Of a stretch of DNA of 64,000 nucleotides, positions 25,589 to 39,217 are shown piece after piece. This DNA comes from Oikopleura dioica (taxonomy: Eukaryota > Animalia > Chordata). The stretch lies in NCBI GenBank assembly GCA_907165135.1, contig OU015567.1, forward strand, positions 1,922,001 to 1,986,000, written 5' to 3'. Each line of letters opens with the position of its first letter. Position 1 is the first letter of the stretch. The notes beneath the pieces were generated by a model. It saw nothing but the letters and a program-made list of their open reading frames with translations, was not told the origin of the DNA and did no database searches. Position numbers and translations under genes: made by a program.

Positions 25589-26623
25589 AAACAAAATGGA
25601 AAAAACAAGCACTTCCTTTTTTAAGAACTTTCGACCAGTTAAAGTGGCAAATTTGAGATTTCAAAGGGATGAATCAAGAGCTAAAAGTGTGGGAAAGAAA
25701 GTTTTTTTCGAAAATGATGCTTTTTTGAGTGGTAATTTATGATTTCGAGAGTTCAAATTTTAAAGCGAAATTTTCGACTTGTTTTGTTGGTGACGAATTG
25801 AAGTCGTCACCGTGACGAAAAATAATTGAGAATTTTTTCAGGTGTTTTTTTTCGAAAATAACGCTTTTGTTTTTGAATTTTTCTCAGAAATTTTTGGGTA
25901 GAATGTACTTATAATTGATAAAACGCTTTTTATCATTCATAATCTGCTGCTCTTACATTTTTAAAACAAGATTGGAGAAGCCGCTTCTTGTTAGAATGTT
26001 CCTTACGGTTGGTATCTCTGCGCGTTACCCTCTGCGGGGGATTTGCCTGGCTGATAAACCTATCACCTTCTCAACGTTACCAAAACAACAAACTTCAACA
26101 ACAAAGAGTGCTGACTCTGGGTCAGATTGTAACGCTATCAGATTCGTCGGTAATTTTTCTGGTCTAAGCAGAAATCGCCACTCCACTCTTAGGTCTTGAA
26201 ATTTTTTCAAAAGGGTCTGATTCGCATGTTTACAAAGTGGAGGACCCTCAACTCGCAGATATCGTAATTAATCACCAGGGATTTTACCAGGCCTAGGTTT
26301 TAGACTCTTCGGGTTGTAGGGCTTCTGAGGGTTATTAAAAACATATTTGCTTTCGGAGAAAAAATGTTCAAATTTATGACGCAACAGAATAAATTCTGAA
26401 CTTCAAATTTTGATTCTGATTGATTGAAGTAAGCAAAAAGCCCTGAGTTCCAAATTTTCCTTTTGATCTATTCTAAATCTAAGTTTTATCAAACCATGTG
26501 GACCACATGATCTGGCTATCGAAAAGCTGCGTCTTTGAAAAGAATCATCAGCCGTAACGCTTTCTACTGATAAACTATCAGTAATTACGATGCTTCGATC
26601 CTTCGAGATCTGGTGTTTTAGAA

Positions 26624-27857
26624 ATGGAGGAGACGTTTTTGAGAGAGCTCTTTTTTCGGAAAAAATGGGTCTTGATTATCTTTAGCTTTGCTTTGACAAT
26701 GTAAGTTTATCTCGAAAAACCACCACTCAGAAAAGAATTTTAGATTGATGATGACCAAACCTGGTCTGAATTTGATTTCCAAAACCCGTTCTGCTCGTAA
26801 GTAAAAAATGAATTTGGCACAAATAAAATGAATTTGAAGTCTCTCCTGAATTGATGATGCAGCTTCCTGCTGGAAGTATTGACGAGTTCGATAGGCAATT
26901 TTTCGGACAAATAAATGTTAAACCATCTAAACAACACAAGCCAAAAACAATAACGGAGAAAGATATATCAAACATTACAGTCATGAATTTGAAGGGCCAG
27001 GTCTTCAAAGGCATAAAAGTTGATGATTGGTCCATGGTAACATATGATGAAGGAACAGGGACACTTTTATCGACGTCGTTGAATAGAGAAAATGAAATAC
27101 ATCCCTTTGAAGCAAAACAGTTCTGCGAAGAAAGAGGAGCAGTTTTGCCCTGGTTCGAACTTGCGAAATCAAACCTTCTTCCAACAAGACAGTTTTGGAT
27201 TGAATCGGAATGCAATTATTTTGATGAGACGATCCAAGCTTCCAACGAAATAAGGTGAACCAGTCACTTGATTATTTTTCGAATCGATTATTTTTCAGCA
27301 AAGCGTCTCTTGATAATCTTATGAAGAAATTTGTTCAAGAGTACCAAACGCTGATTTTAATCGAGAAAAATTCGGAAGCGGGGTTGTCTGCATGCCTCTG
27401 GCCAAATCAACAATCTTTGATTGACAGTAAGAGTGTTTAACGATGATGTTGGCCTATTGTTTTCCTAGATTTCCAGAAGCAGTATCTTTGCAAAAACACA
27501 ACTGACGAGTTAGGACGAGCAGTTCTTTACCAAAGTCAAGAAATCCTGTGCGATTTGCAGAAGATGAACATCACTCATATCCAAGACTATCATATCCTCG
27601 ATCGTAACTTCAAAGGCGGTCGGACTAAAACACTTGTTATTTTAATAAGAACCTAATTTTCAGAAACTTGGGTATCCAAAGTCATCGGTCCCGGAGCCTA
27701 TGCGAGGCTTGTATCTGGTTGGAAACTCTCTGACGACTTGACTGACTCGGGACTCAAATTGTGCAGCTATGCGGCACAGTGTCGTTTAGTTCAACGAGAG
27801 AGACTGGAGATCTTTCGACAGAGGAATGCGTGCACTCTTTGTATTTACAAAAACTGA
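26624..27857 (+). CDS. Type II membrane protein with a C-type-lectin-like domain
   Basis: MEETFLRELFFRKKWVLIIFSFALT|ILMMTK (N-terminal TM, two in-frame GT-AG introns), a stem, then EAKQFCEERGAVLP...FWI (CTL helix/WI motif). The 3' exons are only partly resolved. Confidence 0.55.
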
Positions 27858-27977
27858 TCTCTTTTCTTGTCGATTCAAATTGCCGAATAAAGTATCAATG
27901 CCAATCGTCTGTCTTTTCTCGAATCCTTTAAGAAGGGTAACAGTAGGTAGTACCTACTAGGTACACGGTAAAAAGTA

Positions 27978-28050
27978 AGCCTAATGCGGGGCTCGAACCC
28001 GCGACCGTTGGATTAAGAGTCCAACGCTCTACCGACTGAGCTAACCAGGC
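27978..28050 (-). tRNA. trnK-CTT: tRNA-Lys (CTT)
   Basis: GCCTGGTTAGCTCAGTCGGTAGAGCGTTGGACT-CTT-AATCCAACGGTCGCGGGTTCGAGCCCCGCATTAGGC. All four stems pair, followed by a TTTTT terminator. Confidence 0.97.
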
Positions 28051-28119
28051 TTGACGCCCTCTGATAAGTAATCATAACTCTGATTTTGGAATGTAAGTAG
28101 TTATATTATTTCAAGGGTG

Positions 28120-29478
28120 TTATTTGTCAGTATATCCGATGTTTTGAAGCCCGAACTCCTCATCTTCTATCTTCGCGATTCTTTTTCGAACCGCAGGTAT
28201 CCTCAAAATAGCGACGAGGACAATCCCGAAGACAATTTGAAACGCAACGGCGATTATCGGGAAGAAGAAAGTTTGAGCGTTTTCATACATCTTGGACGGG
28301 TCTTAAAAGCCTTGAATCCCTGCTCATATTGATCAGATAATACCGGAATAGAGAACCAAAGTGATCGCATTGACCATCCGTCCATTTTGTACGGCGGTTT
28401 CAACACCAATCGTGAGATGCTGGAGAGCTTCGATTTTGAAATTTTTTCCACATTTTCTTATCAACCAGACAACACTGAAACTCATGGTGGCAGCAACTGC
28501 GAAACCAACGTATGGAAGGAGAGCTGCGTAGACTAGCTGGGACTAAAAGAAGCGTTGAAATCAAGGAGAAGAGTGAGAAAAGGGGCTTTGGATGAATAAT
28601 AAGGGTGTTGTTTCGATAACTCGAGAAGCTGAGTACTTACGACGGTTATAATCGCGGTCAAGTAGTATTTGTAAATTCCAATGATGAGAATAGCGATGAG
28701 AGTAAGAGTAGTTCCAGCTGCAAGGAGGATATTTGAAATTCTAACTGCTTTTGAGAACTTGTAGCGCTAGAAAAAAGATAACAGTCAATTTTTTAAAAAA
28801 AGGCAAACCTTTCCAAGCCAGTTGATAAATGAGCCGATGAGCGCAGGTACAATAACTGCGGCTAGAGTAGTTCCAATTTCTGCGAAGGGAATTTTGATGG
28901 CATCTTCGGAATCAACCATGACGGGGACAACTTGGAGCCAAGCTGGAGTCAGTCCAAGAGCGAGGACACAGGAGAGCATTGTCATAGTGATGGAAAGATC
29001 CAAGTCGCCGCCCATGTAGTAGATGATGATATTACTGAAGGAGTAAAGGTAAATTCTAGAGCAGTTTCTACCTGATTCCGCCGCCAGGAGCACAACCGTA
29101 AAGCATGATGACCAGTGCTTCATAGGTGCCAATCTTCGCTGCGGAAAGAAAAATCATCGCAAGACATGGCATTATTACAAATTGACAGAGCATTCCGACA
29201 AGGGGCCCTACTGGCTTCTTGATATATTTGAACATTTGATGCGGGTCTGTTGCCAATCCCATCGCAAGCATTCCGATGACAAGGGTCCAAAAGGCTCCAT
29301 CACCAACTACAGAGTTTGGGATGTCGGAACCGGGTAATGTTCCGTTGTATTTGATCATCAGCTGCTGCAGATTGAGCATGAACTCAGTCCGATTCGGAGC
29401 TCTAGAAGAGAGATAAAGATCGCTCACTCTCCTTTTTTTGTTTTATTTTCAAATAACTTACGTTGCATAAATGGGCAT
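28120..29478 (-). CDS. SLC10 sodium/bile-acid symporter family protein (ASBT/NTCP-like)
   Basis: MPIYAT|APNRTEF... MLAMGLATD, PVGPLVGMLCQFVIMPCLA, LYGCAPGGGI|SNIIIYYMGGDLDLSITMTMLS, TIGVETAVQN, final TM PIIAVAFQIVFGIVLVAIL, ends GYTDK*. These are hallmark SBF motifs. Confidence 0.93.
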
Positions 29479-29849
29479 TTTTCTGATTCGTCGATTTTCT
29501 TTCGTTTTTCTCTCTTATATCGTGCAAAAAATGGTTCCACGTGACTAACAACTTTTATCCAGCAAGGGCGTTCTTATGACCGCGGGCGATTATTTAAGTG
29601 CGATTCAGATTCTCTCTCAGAGTTTCTTCTTTCATGCAAAATGGTCGAAATGGTCGAGTGCGTCCACTTTTATGAAGCTCTAGGTCACGCGTTATTCAGC
29701 CGATTTAGATTTATCACAGCTACAATCTACCTTAAACACCAGACTGCGGAATACTTTTACGACAAACAAGAATTTTATGCTACTTGAACATAATTCTCAG
29801 AAATGATTTTGTAAGGAGAAATTTGGAACGAAAGGGGTATTCTAAGGAG

Positions 29850-31492
29850 CTTTTGTTATTGAGACTTTCTGTACTCATTGTTGTCTATATATTCAAAAGG
29901 TAAGAAATTGAAAGCAGTTCCGGTTGAACGAGACTAACAAGATTGGCTTTGTGGTTTTTCGTTCTTTGTCATTCCTAAAGTATGACACTGTATCCATCTC
30001 AGAATGAGTTTTACGGTAAAATTTTTCCCATTTATTATCGGAGTGACAGGTTCATCGAAATTGAATTCACGAATATCATATTAATGACTCACTTCTGTAA
30101 GCTTTCTATTTGTTTTTCTGTGATATACCTGGGCGATATTTACTCTTGACTCACCATATATTTTAAAGCTTGAAATAATAAAAAGAAAAGAAAATTTTCA
30201 GTTTGTAATTTTTTATTCCGAATCAAGACCTTTTAAAAAGGTCATTAACTTGGCTGTTTCATTGCCCAAGGATTGTTGTCGTTGTTGTTGTCGTTGTAGT
30301 TGTAGTTGACGTTGTTGATGTCGTTGATGTTGTCGTTGTTGAATCAGTTGTCTTCGTTTCCATTGAGTCTCCAGTGTTTGTAGATAATGTTGAGTCGTCA
30401 GAGATGGTTGTTTGATCAATATCTACCACTGTTGTATCTGTAGATAGCGATTTCGTTATCACTTCTGTTAATAAAGTTGAAGCTTCTGTTAAGCCTTCAT
30501 CTGCCTAAAAAAAATTTAAAAAAAATCATAAAAATCAACAAGGCATCGAGCAAAACCGTTGTTTCTATCGAAGCTGTTGTCGAGCTATCTGCAGTTGCTT
30601 CCTCAGTGTCCATTATCAATGTCGTTGTTTTAGAAAGAAGGTTCGTTGTTGAGGAGTCAACCAGTAGAGTGGTTGTTTCCGACGAGTAAAGTTCAATCGT
30701 CTTTGAAAGTTTTTTTTTATAAGTCATAAAAGAAGATACCGAACCGTTGTTTCAACTGGTAATTCATTTATTGTTGATTGAAAATTCGGCTCTGTTATCA
30801 ATTCAGAAGGAAAAGTTTCTGGATTGATAGTTGAAGTTGTTGTCGATTTTGAGGGCATTATTGTTGTCGTCAGATCTCCGGAATCAGTGGCAGTTGTCGT
30901 CATGGTTGTCGTCGTTGAATTTAACCATTCGATGGTGGCAGTAAAAGAAATTGTCGAATCAATGACTCCAGTCTTTGTCAGAAAATTTAAGAATTAATAA
31001 AATTATTGTCGAACCGTGATTTCACCGGGAGTTGTCGCCGGTGAATTTCCAGTCGTTGTGTATGCCACTGAATAAGGTTAATCGATAACACATGATTTAA
31101 AAAAAATCGAAACTAACGAAGGAATGCCAGCCCAACAACAGAGCCCATTGCTAATACAACGGCAAAAGTAAACCAGAAATACTTCCAAAATCCGCTGCAA
31201 CATGCTCTTATGAAAGTTCCATGTTTCACCTTTGATCGAATTATTCACTATCAAAAAATAACATTCATACCGCGACATAGCTATCTCCAGAATCGCCCGA
31301 CCCGCCCGATCCACTTGACTTCGAGGAAATCGAGGAATTCGTTCTGGAATATCTACTTGATCCAATCGAGAAATTCTCCTCTAAATCGACCATCTCTCCG
31401 GTCATCTTTCCTACGATCTGATTCCACCCGCATTAATTCAGACCATTTATGCAATTTCTGCAAATACTAACGTCGGCTTACGAAAGAAACAT
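29850..31492 (-). CDS. Thr/Ser-rich mucin-like protein, multi-exon; boundaries approximate
   Basis: Several exons encode TTT-rich low-complexity sequence (STTTTSTTSTTSTTTTTTTTTT; SSETTTLLVDSSTT; TTGNSPATTPGE), separated by short T-rich introns. Confidence 0.55.
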
Positions 31493-32160
31493 GGCTCCGC
31501 GAACGATAAAGAAATGTTAATAGAATTTTTTATATGATGAGGGGAGCGATCTTGGCATTTATTGATGGAAGTTCTCGAGTGATTTGCCATCGCGACCGAG
31601 TAAGAATTTCAACTTATATCACCTTTCGCTTGCTATAAAGTCATTATAATTGAAATAAAAATAAATTAATTCTGATTCCCCATCTGAGATGGGCCATCTT
31701 AAAAAGCATTCTGACATCTAACGCAAAGCCAAAAGCAAATTTCTGTAGAGAGCGTAAATGTTTTCAAAATTTTCTAAAAAAAGTCTCTAGATAAATTGTT
31801 GTTATCAGAGCTCAAGAACAGAACTGCTCAGTCTTTGGATTTTTCCGGTCCGATAAGCAGAAAAAAGAGGTAAATTCTAAAAAATTTATTCTATTTTAGT
31901 ATGAATTGAATAATTTCTAGTGTCAAGGAATGCCAAGAATGGGCGAAGGTTTTTAGCAGCGGGCGATTTCTTCGGCATCGAGAAAGAAGAAGAATGGTTG
32001 GAGCCTGTCAACTGCCTGTCTAAATGAGTTTAAGCCTTCGCCTCATTCATTGTCCTGAATAAAATCAATTTCTTTCACAAAAACCCGCCTTGTCTTATTT
32101 TCTTGCATATATTTTCATATTTACATCAGGTTTAGTTATCAAATAAAATGATTGCAGATT

Positions 32161-32855
32161 TCACGCAGTAGAGCCACGGGCAATGAGGTATTTCCGCAGT
32201 CGATGATCGAGTGGTCTCGGCAGGAATTGTGAGGACTTCTGTCGTGCGCGGGTCTTGCATCCATTCCGCGCTCTCCCGCTGCGAGCTATCGCCAATCGAC
32301 AGGTGCGCGACTTGTAGTTTGAAATGGAAGTGTAGGTGTTGAAGAGATTCCGGGAAAGGCTTTCTGCGAACAGGCCATTTTTCGTTAGTTCCTTCTGAAA
32401 TTGAGTTGTTAGAAATGGAAGAGGGGGAGGAAGGACTTACTGTTCCGACGATTTCTCCTGATGCAGTCATGCTGAGATAGAGGCCAGTGTAGACGGATTG
32501 GATAGAGACGACTTGGTAGGCCATTACCTTGAATTCCATGATGCCTAGTAATAACGATTCAGTAACGTAAATGGGGTTTTATTCAAATTCGTTTTCTATT
32601 CAAATCGTACTTACTGTATCTACTCTCCGGCTCTCTTGTTCCCCTGATCGTTCCATCGGGCAAAATCTCCAAATGAAATCCAGTCTTGCAGTAGAGCTGC
32701 CTCAGCCGCGCTCTCGAGTAATTATACTCAATGTCGATAAAATGAAAGCTCTGGACAATCTGCTTCAATCTCGCCTTCTCCGTCTTCCTGATCCTCTTTG
32801 ATTCCAAAATACTCAGCAAAAATATAGAAAAGGATAAGATTTGGAGGATTCTCAT
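32161..32855 (-). CDS. Fgf9/16/20: Fibroblast growth factor, FGF9/16/20 subfamily
   Basis: [31 protein letters not shown]|SIMEF...[24 protein letters not shown]|[11 protein letters not shown]...FNTYTS...[28 protein letters not shown] matches the FGF9/16/20 core. Two GT-AG introns at typical FGF positions. Confidence 0.93.
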
Positions 32856-34117
32856 TTTATGAAATTTTTTGAAATTCGGAGTCGAAAAATTATATAAAAG
32901 CAAAGATGAGAGCGCCATCAGGTGAGACCGCCGACTTGGGAAGAGGGTTGATTTGGTCTCCCGCGGCGCGTAAAGAGCGCTACTTTTTTGCGCCAAATGG
33001 CCGCTTTGATATAGGCAGAATGGGGGACCAGGGGGTTAGTAAAGGGCTTCACGTTTGTTTTCGGTGGACTAATGAGGAACGCTTCTCTTTAGTAATAAGT
33101 TCGAATAGGCCTTCATTTAATAGAGCTTTCAAAATTCAGTTTAAGCGATCTAAATATAAGATTTTCTCTTTTTTAATGCTTCTTATCTTCGTGAAAAATG
33201 ACATTGTTTTGGGTCAAAGTCAAAACAGGTTTTCTTTTTAATCTTTTGTGAAAAATTTTGTTCGAAAAATCTCCAAATTGAGACTTAAAATAATAATTTT
33301 TGAAATTTCTCTCTTCATATTTCTTAATAGCTTTATATTCTCAATTATATTTCGCTAAAAAAACAGTTCGAAACTCAAGTTTCGATAAAATTGAAAGAAA
33401 ATTCTTTTAAAATTGAAGCTTTTACATTTTTTTGCTTCAAAAAGTACTCATCGAGCATATGTCGCCCCTTTTCTTTGAAAAAATCCATCTATCCATGTCT
33501 GATCGATGAGTTCTTTTGATAAACACAGGAGAGAGCTCAATATTCTTAAATGGATCGCCCAATATTAAAATACAAATCCAAAGCGGAAAGTGCCTTTTTG
33601 ATTCAAAATGTATGAAGTGGCGCTTCCGGCGACCTAAAAATTTCAAAATCCAGCTCAAGCCGAGGAAGTAGGTCGTTTCCGTGCGAATTGCTCGAGTGGC
33701 ATTTTCAAAATAAATGCGCAATAAGGAGTGCTTTAAGATTAGGCAGCTCTTTTCGCACACGCCTGAGGGATCAAAATCTTTCGTGAAATAACGAAGATGC
33801 CTCTTTTTTTATGGAGCTTTTTAACTAAAAATGAGCAGTCTCGAAATTCCGAGCGATAAAAGAGGGAGCTCCTACTGAGCTGACCCGTGCAGCGGATTTT
33901 GGACGAACCAGGTGCGAGAAATTTGCACTGACTGGATCAAAGATCTCTTCTCCGACAAGTCTTTTTACGCTTCATAAAACTAAAGCCTCCCTTGACAGAC
34001 GAAATAAACTTGATTTGATTGAGTGCATAATTGACCTTTTTATGATTTGAAATCAACGAAGATTATATTATTGAAAATAAATTGTATTCAGGATTTCTGG
34101 TTGGGATCCTGAGCAAA

Positions 34118-35775
34118 CTAGGGTTGAAAGCAGAAATCTTCAGTGCAAGGATATGCGCATTCATCTGGTTCGGATTTAAAAATAATCGGTGTGAAGCATA
34201 CTCCCTCGTGTTCAAAGAGTTTTCTTGTGGATGTGACTTCTGTTCCATTCCATTCTCCTCGCTCAACAGATTGATAATTTCTAATTGAAAAAATTAAGCG
34301 ATCTTATTTTTGCTCTCACTCTTTTTCTCCACCAAAAATAATAAAATGATCTTCCAGAAAGATTGCAGAACCTTGTCGAAACACCTCAAACTTATTTAAT
34401 TCTCAAAATGATTTTGCTTACATTTTGAAGTTGTCCAACGACGCTCCATTTTTCATCTCGTAAAAGATACACATCCTTTATGTCACTACTAACATAACCA
34501 CCAAGAGTAAGGATTCCGTCGGAAAGTGTGACGCAGGAATGGTATCGAATTGCTCCCGCTGGTTGAGGCTGTTCATGACACCAGCCACTAAAAATGATGA
34601 AAAACTATTGATAACTGATTACCTAACAGAAAAAACTTCGACTGATGCGGAACTTAAGCCGGCAATCATTACTGCTTGATTATTAATAAGTCCCATGCAT
34701 CCAATAGGATGCTGTTCTTGTAAATCTGGCATTTCGAATGTTTCCGTCAAAGCTTTGACAAGCTTTGTGCCCTTTTTCATAGCCACAGAGGACCACTTCT
34801 TCTTCGATTTCATTAACAGTAATCAACGATGCATGATAGGTTTCGAAATACTGAACAAGTTTCTTTCCAGTATCTGTTATCTCACAATCTGTGATCGTAG
34901 CGATCTAAATCACTTTCATAATAAAGATTTAAGTGAAATGTAATAAGTACTTTTCGACCATCTGAAATTCCACCAAATATATAATTGATTCCATTCAGTA
35001 ATGCTGTTCCCGCTTTAATTAAATACTTTGAATTCGTAGAAGGTGACTTATAATAACGATTTTCCTGTCATGAGTTAACATTGTTTCCTACTTGAATGAA
35101 ATATCACACTCGCTGACTCTTTCTGAAAGTGTCCATCACTTGCAATAATATAACTGAAATCGACATAATTTGTTGCTGAGCTCTGGCATAATGCGGTCAC
35201 ATAGGGTACACATTTGTGCCCCTCGGAACAGGGACATCCTGTTTCACATCCACTATTACAGGGACATTTCTTTGATTTTTCTTTGAACTCATTGTAGCAA
35301 TCATCATAACATGTAGCATCAGCAGGGCAATTCTCAAGACAAGTCATGAGCTCATTGCTGTTCTCCTTAATACATTGCTTGTAATATCCATTGTTGATTT
35401 GCGGGTCTTTGCAGCCACAAATCGAATTCGGGCACCCATCACAACCGGCCATACAATCATCGAAACATGGACAACCTCGGTAGCAATCTACATTATTATT
35501 ATGGCTGAATAATGAATAATAAATCAACCTGTATAAAGCGTCAAACAATGCCTCTCGCAGGATGAGCTTTCGCAAGCATCCTTACACTCGACAAACTCGG
35601 TGTAGCAATACGAGTCACAGAGCAGCCCCAGATCTTCATCCCTTATATGCTCATTATAATAATAAGAACATAAATCACAATTGCTTGGGACGGATACTTA
35701 CGGGCAAGTAGCATTCCGAACAGTGGGACGAAAAGCTTCAAGAAAAGTTATCCAGTAGATAATCAAGCGTAACAT
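34118..35775 (-). CDS. Secreted protein: two Cys-rich modules + kelch-like beta-propeller
   Basis: MLRLIIYWITFLEA signal. NATCP|DEDLGLLCDSYC...LYT|DCYRGCPCFDDCMAGCDGCPNSIC. Kelch-like repeats (HPIGCMGLINNQAVMIAG, RYHSCVTLSDGILTLGG, GSAIFLEDHFIIFGG). Ends CAYPCTEDFCFQP*. Confidence 0.8.
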
Positions 35776-36183
35776 GTCTCTTAGAATCTTTGATATCTTT
35801 GTCGGGGTATTGCTCCTTATTACTTTAATATTTGCAATGCCGTTAAATCCGCCGGCTAGCTCTCCTCCAGCTCATGCATCTCACCAAATAAGGAAATCAA
35901 GGAAGAAAACGATTTGTAACAGAAAGAATTAAAACTTTATTTGCAGGAAAGAATCATTAAGAAAAGTTGGCATTATATTAGTCATTGAGAGCTTATGTCT
36001 TCAAAATAAGCTGCAAGTCGAATGTGAGTGAAATATTTTTTTTATTTATTTTCTTCTTTTTCGAGCTTCGTATTTACAGTTTTTGTCATCTTCTGAGATA
36101 TTTACAAAAGTCTTGTTTAATTTAACTGCATTTTTTCTAAAAATTTATAAAAACAAGACCGATAATGACGAAAAACAACCATT

Positions 36184-37250
36184 TTAGAGCGTGATAACGT
36201 TCTGCCAATCTGCTGGCAAGTCGGACTGCCAAGAGCTGGCGCTAGAAATCTGAGTTGGTGACATCTGCTTCCTCTGGCGGCGTTTTCGTCGTTTCTGCGT
36301 CTTGTTGGCGTTGTTGTTTATTGTTTTGTGAGCATCTGGCGCGTCGGTGTCGATTTCATCGATCGTGTCTAAAGAGTTACCTGGTTGGCGAATGTCTTCC
36401 TTAATGTCGTTCATGAAACCGCCCCAGATTCGATCCATCGAAAGTCCTGAAAAATAAGTCATTTTTCGCCTCGAAAATTATTGTGAATAAGTTATGTTGT
36501 ATCAAACTAGGGTTGAGCTAGGCTTACTAATTGATAAGGGAAAAGTCGCAATTGATAAGAAAAGCGGAGAGCGCCGCGGGAGCCCGTTATCACCTGTTGT
36601 TTACATTTTCAACCCATATTTAGAACTTCTCACGTCAAAATAATTATCCAAAAAACGGGCTGGAACGAACTTTTTTAACATTTTTTTTAACACAAAAATC
36701 TTGACCGAGAAAGCCAAAAGCTACTTATTCGGCTTCGTTCTTTGTTGTCTTACCACTGAACCGGTCGTTCAATCGGAATTCTTCCACCATCACGTCGGTC
36801 AATTTCTTTCCATCAGATTTAAAAATCGCGGAGAATCTCGAAAAAGTAGACTCCGTTCTTTTGACTTTTGTCGAAACAGGCTTGGAGTAATGCGCCTTGA
36901 TTTGTTCATAAGTGATTCCATCTTCGAGTTTTGAGGAATTTTCGTTGTCGGACTTGTCGGAGTCGGATTTGTTTGATCGATTTGAGCCAACTCCCGAATC
37001 GCATTCGCTTGAAAAAGTGTTGAAAAGACGGGAAAAATTGAATTTTTACCTGTTTCCTTCGGAAGAAATACTTTTCCCGCCGAGAGACCCATTTTTTCCC
37101 CTTTTGAAATTCTCCGAATCGGAAACTCCCGAGTCCGAATTTGTGTTACAGTCGGTCTCAGTCTCGGCTTTGTAGACGAACCGGTTCAGATATCCCGGAA
37201 GCTGCTTGCCATTTGGACTCGTCACCACTTCGTTTTTAATTCCTAAACCT
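36184..37250 (-). CDS. Hypothetical low-complexity protein, about 3 exons
   Basis: Consecutive open stretches (GKQLPGYLNRFVYKAETETD...; ANAIRELAQIDQTNPTPTSPTTK...; LSMDRIWGGFMNDIKEDIRQ...KRRKRRQRK) separated by intron-like T-rich gaps. No domain recognised. Confidence 0.45.
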
Positions 37251-39217
37251 GAAAAATACCATTGACAATTTTTTTTCTAAAAAGCACGAGTTCATGCAAA
37301 AGGCATCAATTATGCATTTTAACGAAAGAGAGACGCTAGAACAAGAAAATTCTAAAAGACAAGACGTTTGCAACATTTCTGCGTTCATCATAATTACCAG
37401 CTGAGATTTTTCTTTTTCACGAATGCTGGCTAATTTGAGTTCGAGTTTTTAGATGGAGAGAAATTATCATAAAAATGATCTTCTAGGTCGAATTCCGATC
37501 GTTTTTAAATTAAAAATCATAAGAGAGACCAATCAGAATTCAGCCGGTTCGCCAATAAGATTTTAGAAAAAAAAATATTGCAAAAAATATTGATTTTTTT
37601 TTCAAAAAATGTTTTTTTCAATTTTGTTTTTGAAGCGCATTAGAAATTTTCAAAATCTAGACTTGTCGAAGAAAAAAAATTGAATCGGTAAATCCCTCGC
37701 GCTAGTAAAATCAGCATCCGACACGTACGTTAGAATGTTCATGCGCGCTTGTCAAAGTGAGAGTATCTACATCGAGATTTGCGTACGATGCATCTTTAAT
37801 CGTCTTTAATTTTATACAGTTCTTACCTAAACACTGCCTGGAAGCAGGCGGTTAGTCCAGTTCCAAACGAGAATTTCCACAAATTTCCACTGCCGCCATA
37901 AAGTTCAAAGAGCTTAAAAAGAGTTCAAAAAAGAAGGATTTTGTCAAAAAAGCAGAAAATACCGAACAATAAGGAACACCCGCAAAAGACGTGCTGAGTA
38001 TTTTTTTGAATAAAACTTGTGGGGAGAACAAAATTACAGAAATATACAAAAGAATTTTTTAAATAAAAAGTCTGCGAGTGAACAACTGTTGAACTTTTCT
38101 TTAGGGCTCTGCCTATCATAAATTTAAACTTTTCTTTTGCTTTGTTTTTGATGGCTTTCTTGAATTTTGTGGTATGATGATCATTGAAATCATGTTTGGC
38201 GGTCGGGAAATTCGGATAATGACACCTTGAGCTAGTTCAAAAAGGTCCCTGTTTCTTTTCCCCAATAAATGACCGCTTGGAACATCGACCTGTATGCCCT
38301 TTTCAGATGGAATAAACAGGGAGAAATTGGAAAGTCCCTTCTCGAGAACCCTCTTCTTCTTCCTTTTTCAATATTATTTATCAGCCAAAACCTAAGAGGA
38401 ACTCCAAGGATGACGCAATTTAGAAATCCACGAGTGTTGTCGGCTGCCATTTGAAACAACACTCGTTTGAAGCGCGAGTTTCCTTGGCAATTAATTTCCC
38501 ACCCGCTCGGCCAAATAATTATACACCCTCTCTTATCTAAAAAAAATTTTTCTTCTCAAAAAGTGTTCTAAAATGAGCGATGATACTCGAACAGCGGCGA
38601 GATAGAGAACCGTATTTGAGGTTAACGGTGTTACATTTTGAGGTTCAAAGTTAGATCAAAGTCACGTGGGTTCTTGAAATTGAAGACATCCGAAAATGTA
38701 CTGTTGAATTTGAAGAAACCGGATTTCAGGGGAAAAGTACCCTCCCGCAATTTGCTCCGTTGCGTCATGAAATAATTCCCATTCTGCTGGGAAATACCCT
38801 TCCATTCCATTCCTACACGGTTTAACGCATTCGCTCTATGATGCGCCGCATTCTTGCGACAAAGTTCCAGAATTAAGCTCGTTTTCAAGCTCCAAGACGT
38901 GTCCCGCCACGTTAAAAAACATATGACACAATAATAATAAACTCAGGGTTTTCAAAGAGAGCTATGAAAATCAAGCTCTTTTTTAAATATATTTTTTTCT
39001 TCAAAAATCATTCATGATGATTTTTCAAGACTTGGAGACTCTAATTATACATCGAAAATTTGACATATTGAAGGATATTATCTAATATTTGATTTATTGA
39101 TAGCTTGAAGTATCTTGAGAACATCTCTTCAAATAGCATTTGAGGATGATTTTAACTGGCTTGCTTAAAAATTTGACTTCGAGCTATAAGTCAAAGCCTT
39201 TAATTAGCTCTAGAATA

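Noticed and set aside
26025-26260. YLRVEGPPL motif resembling a hAT/ZNF862 C-terminus
   Set aside because: Too short, with no other transposase motifs or TIRs.
27978-28050. U73 discriminator in tRNA-Lys, and an anticodon stem shared with the Leu tRNA
   Set aside because: U73 occurs in other eukaryotic Lys-CTT tRNAs (e.g. yeast), and a 5-bp stem identity is uninformative.
32856-32996. Longer N-terminus for FGF suggested by the ORF track
   Set aside because: It starts at a non-ATG codon. The first ATG (32855) gives a clean signal peptide.
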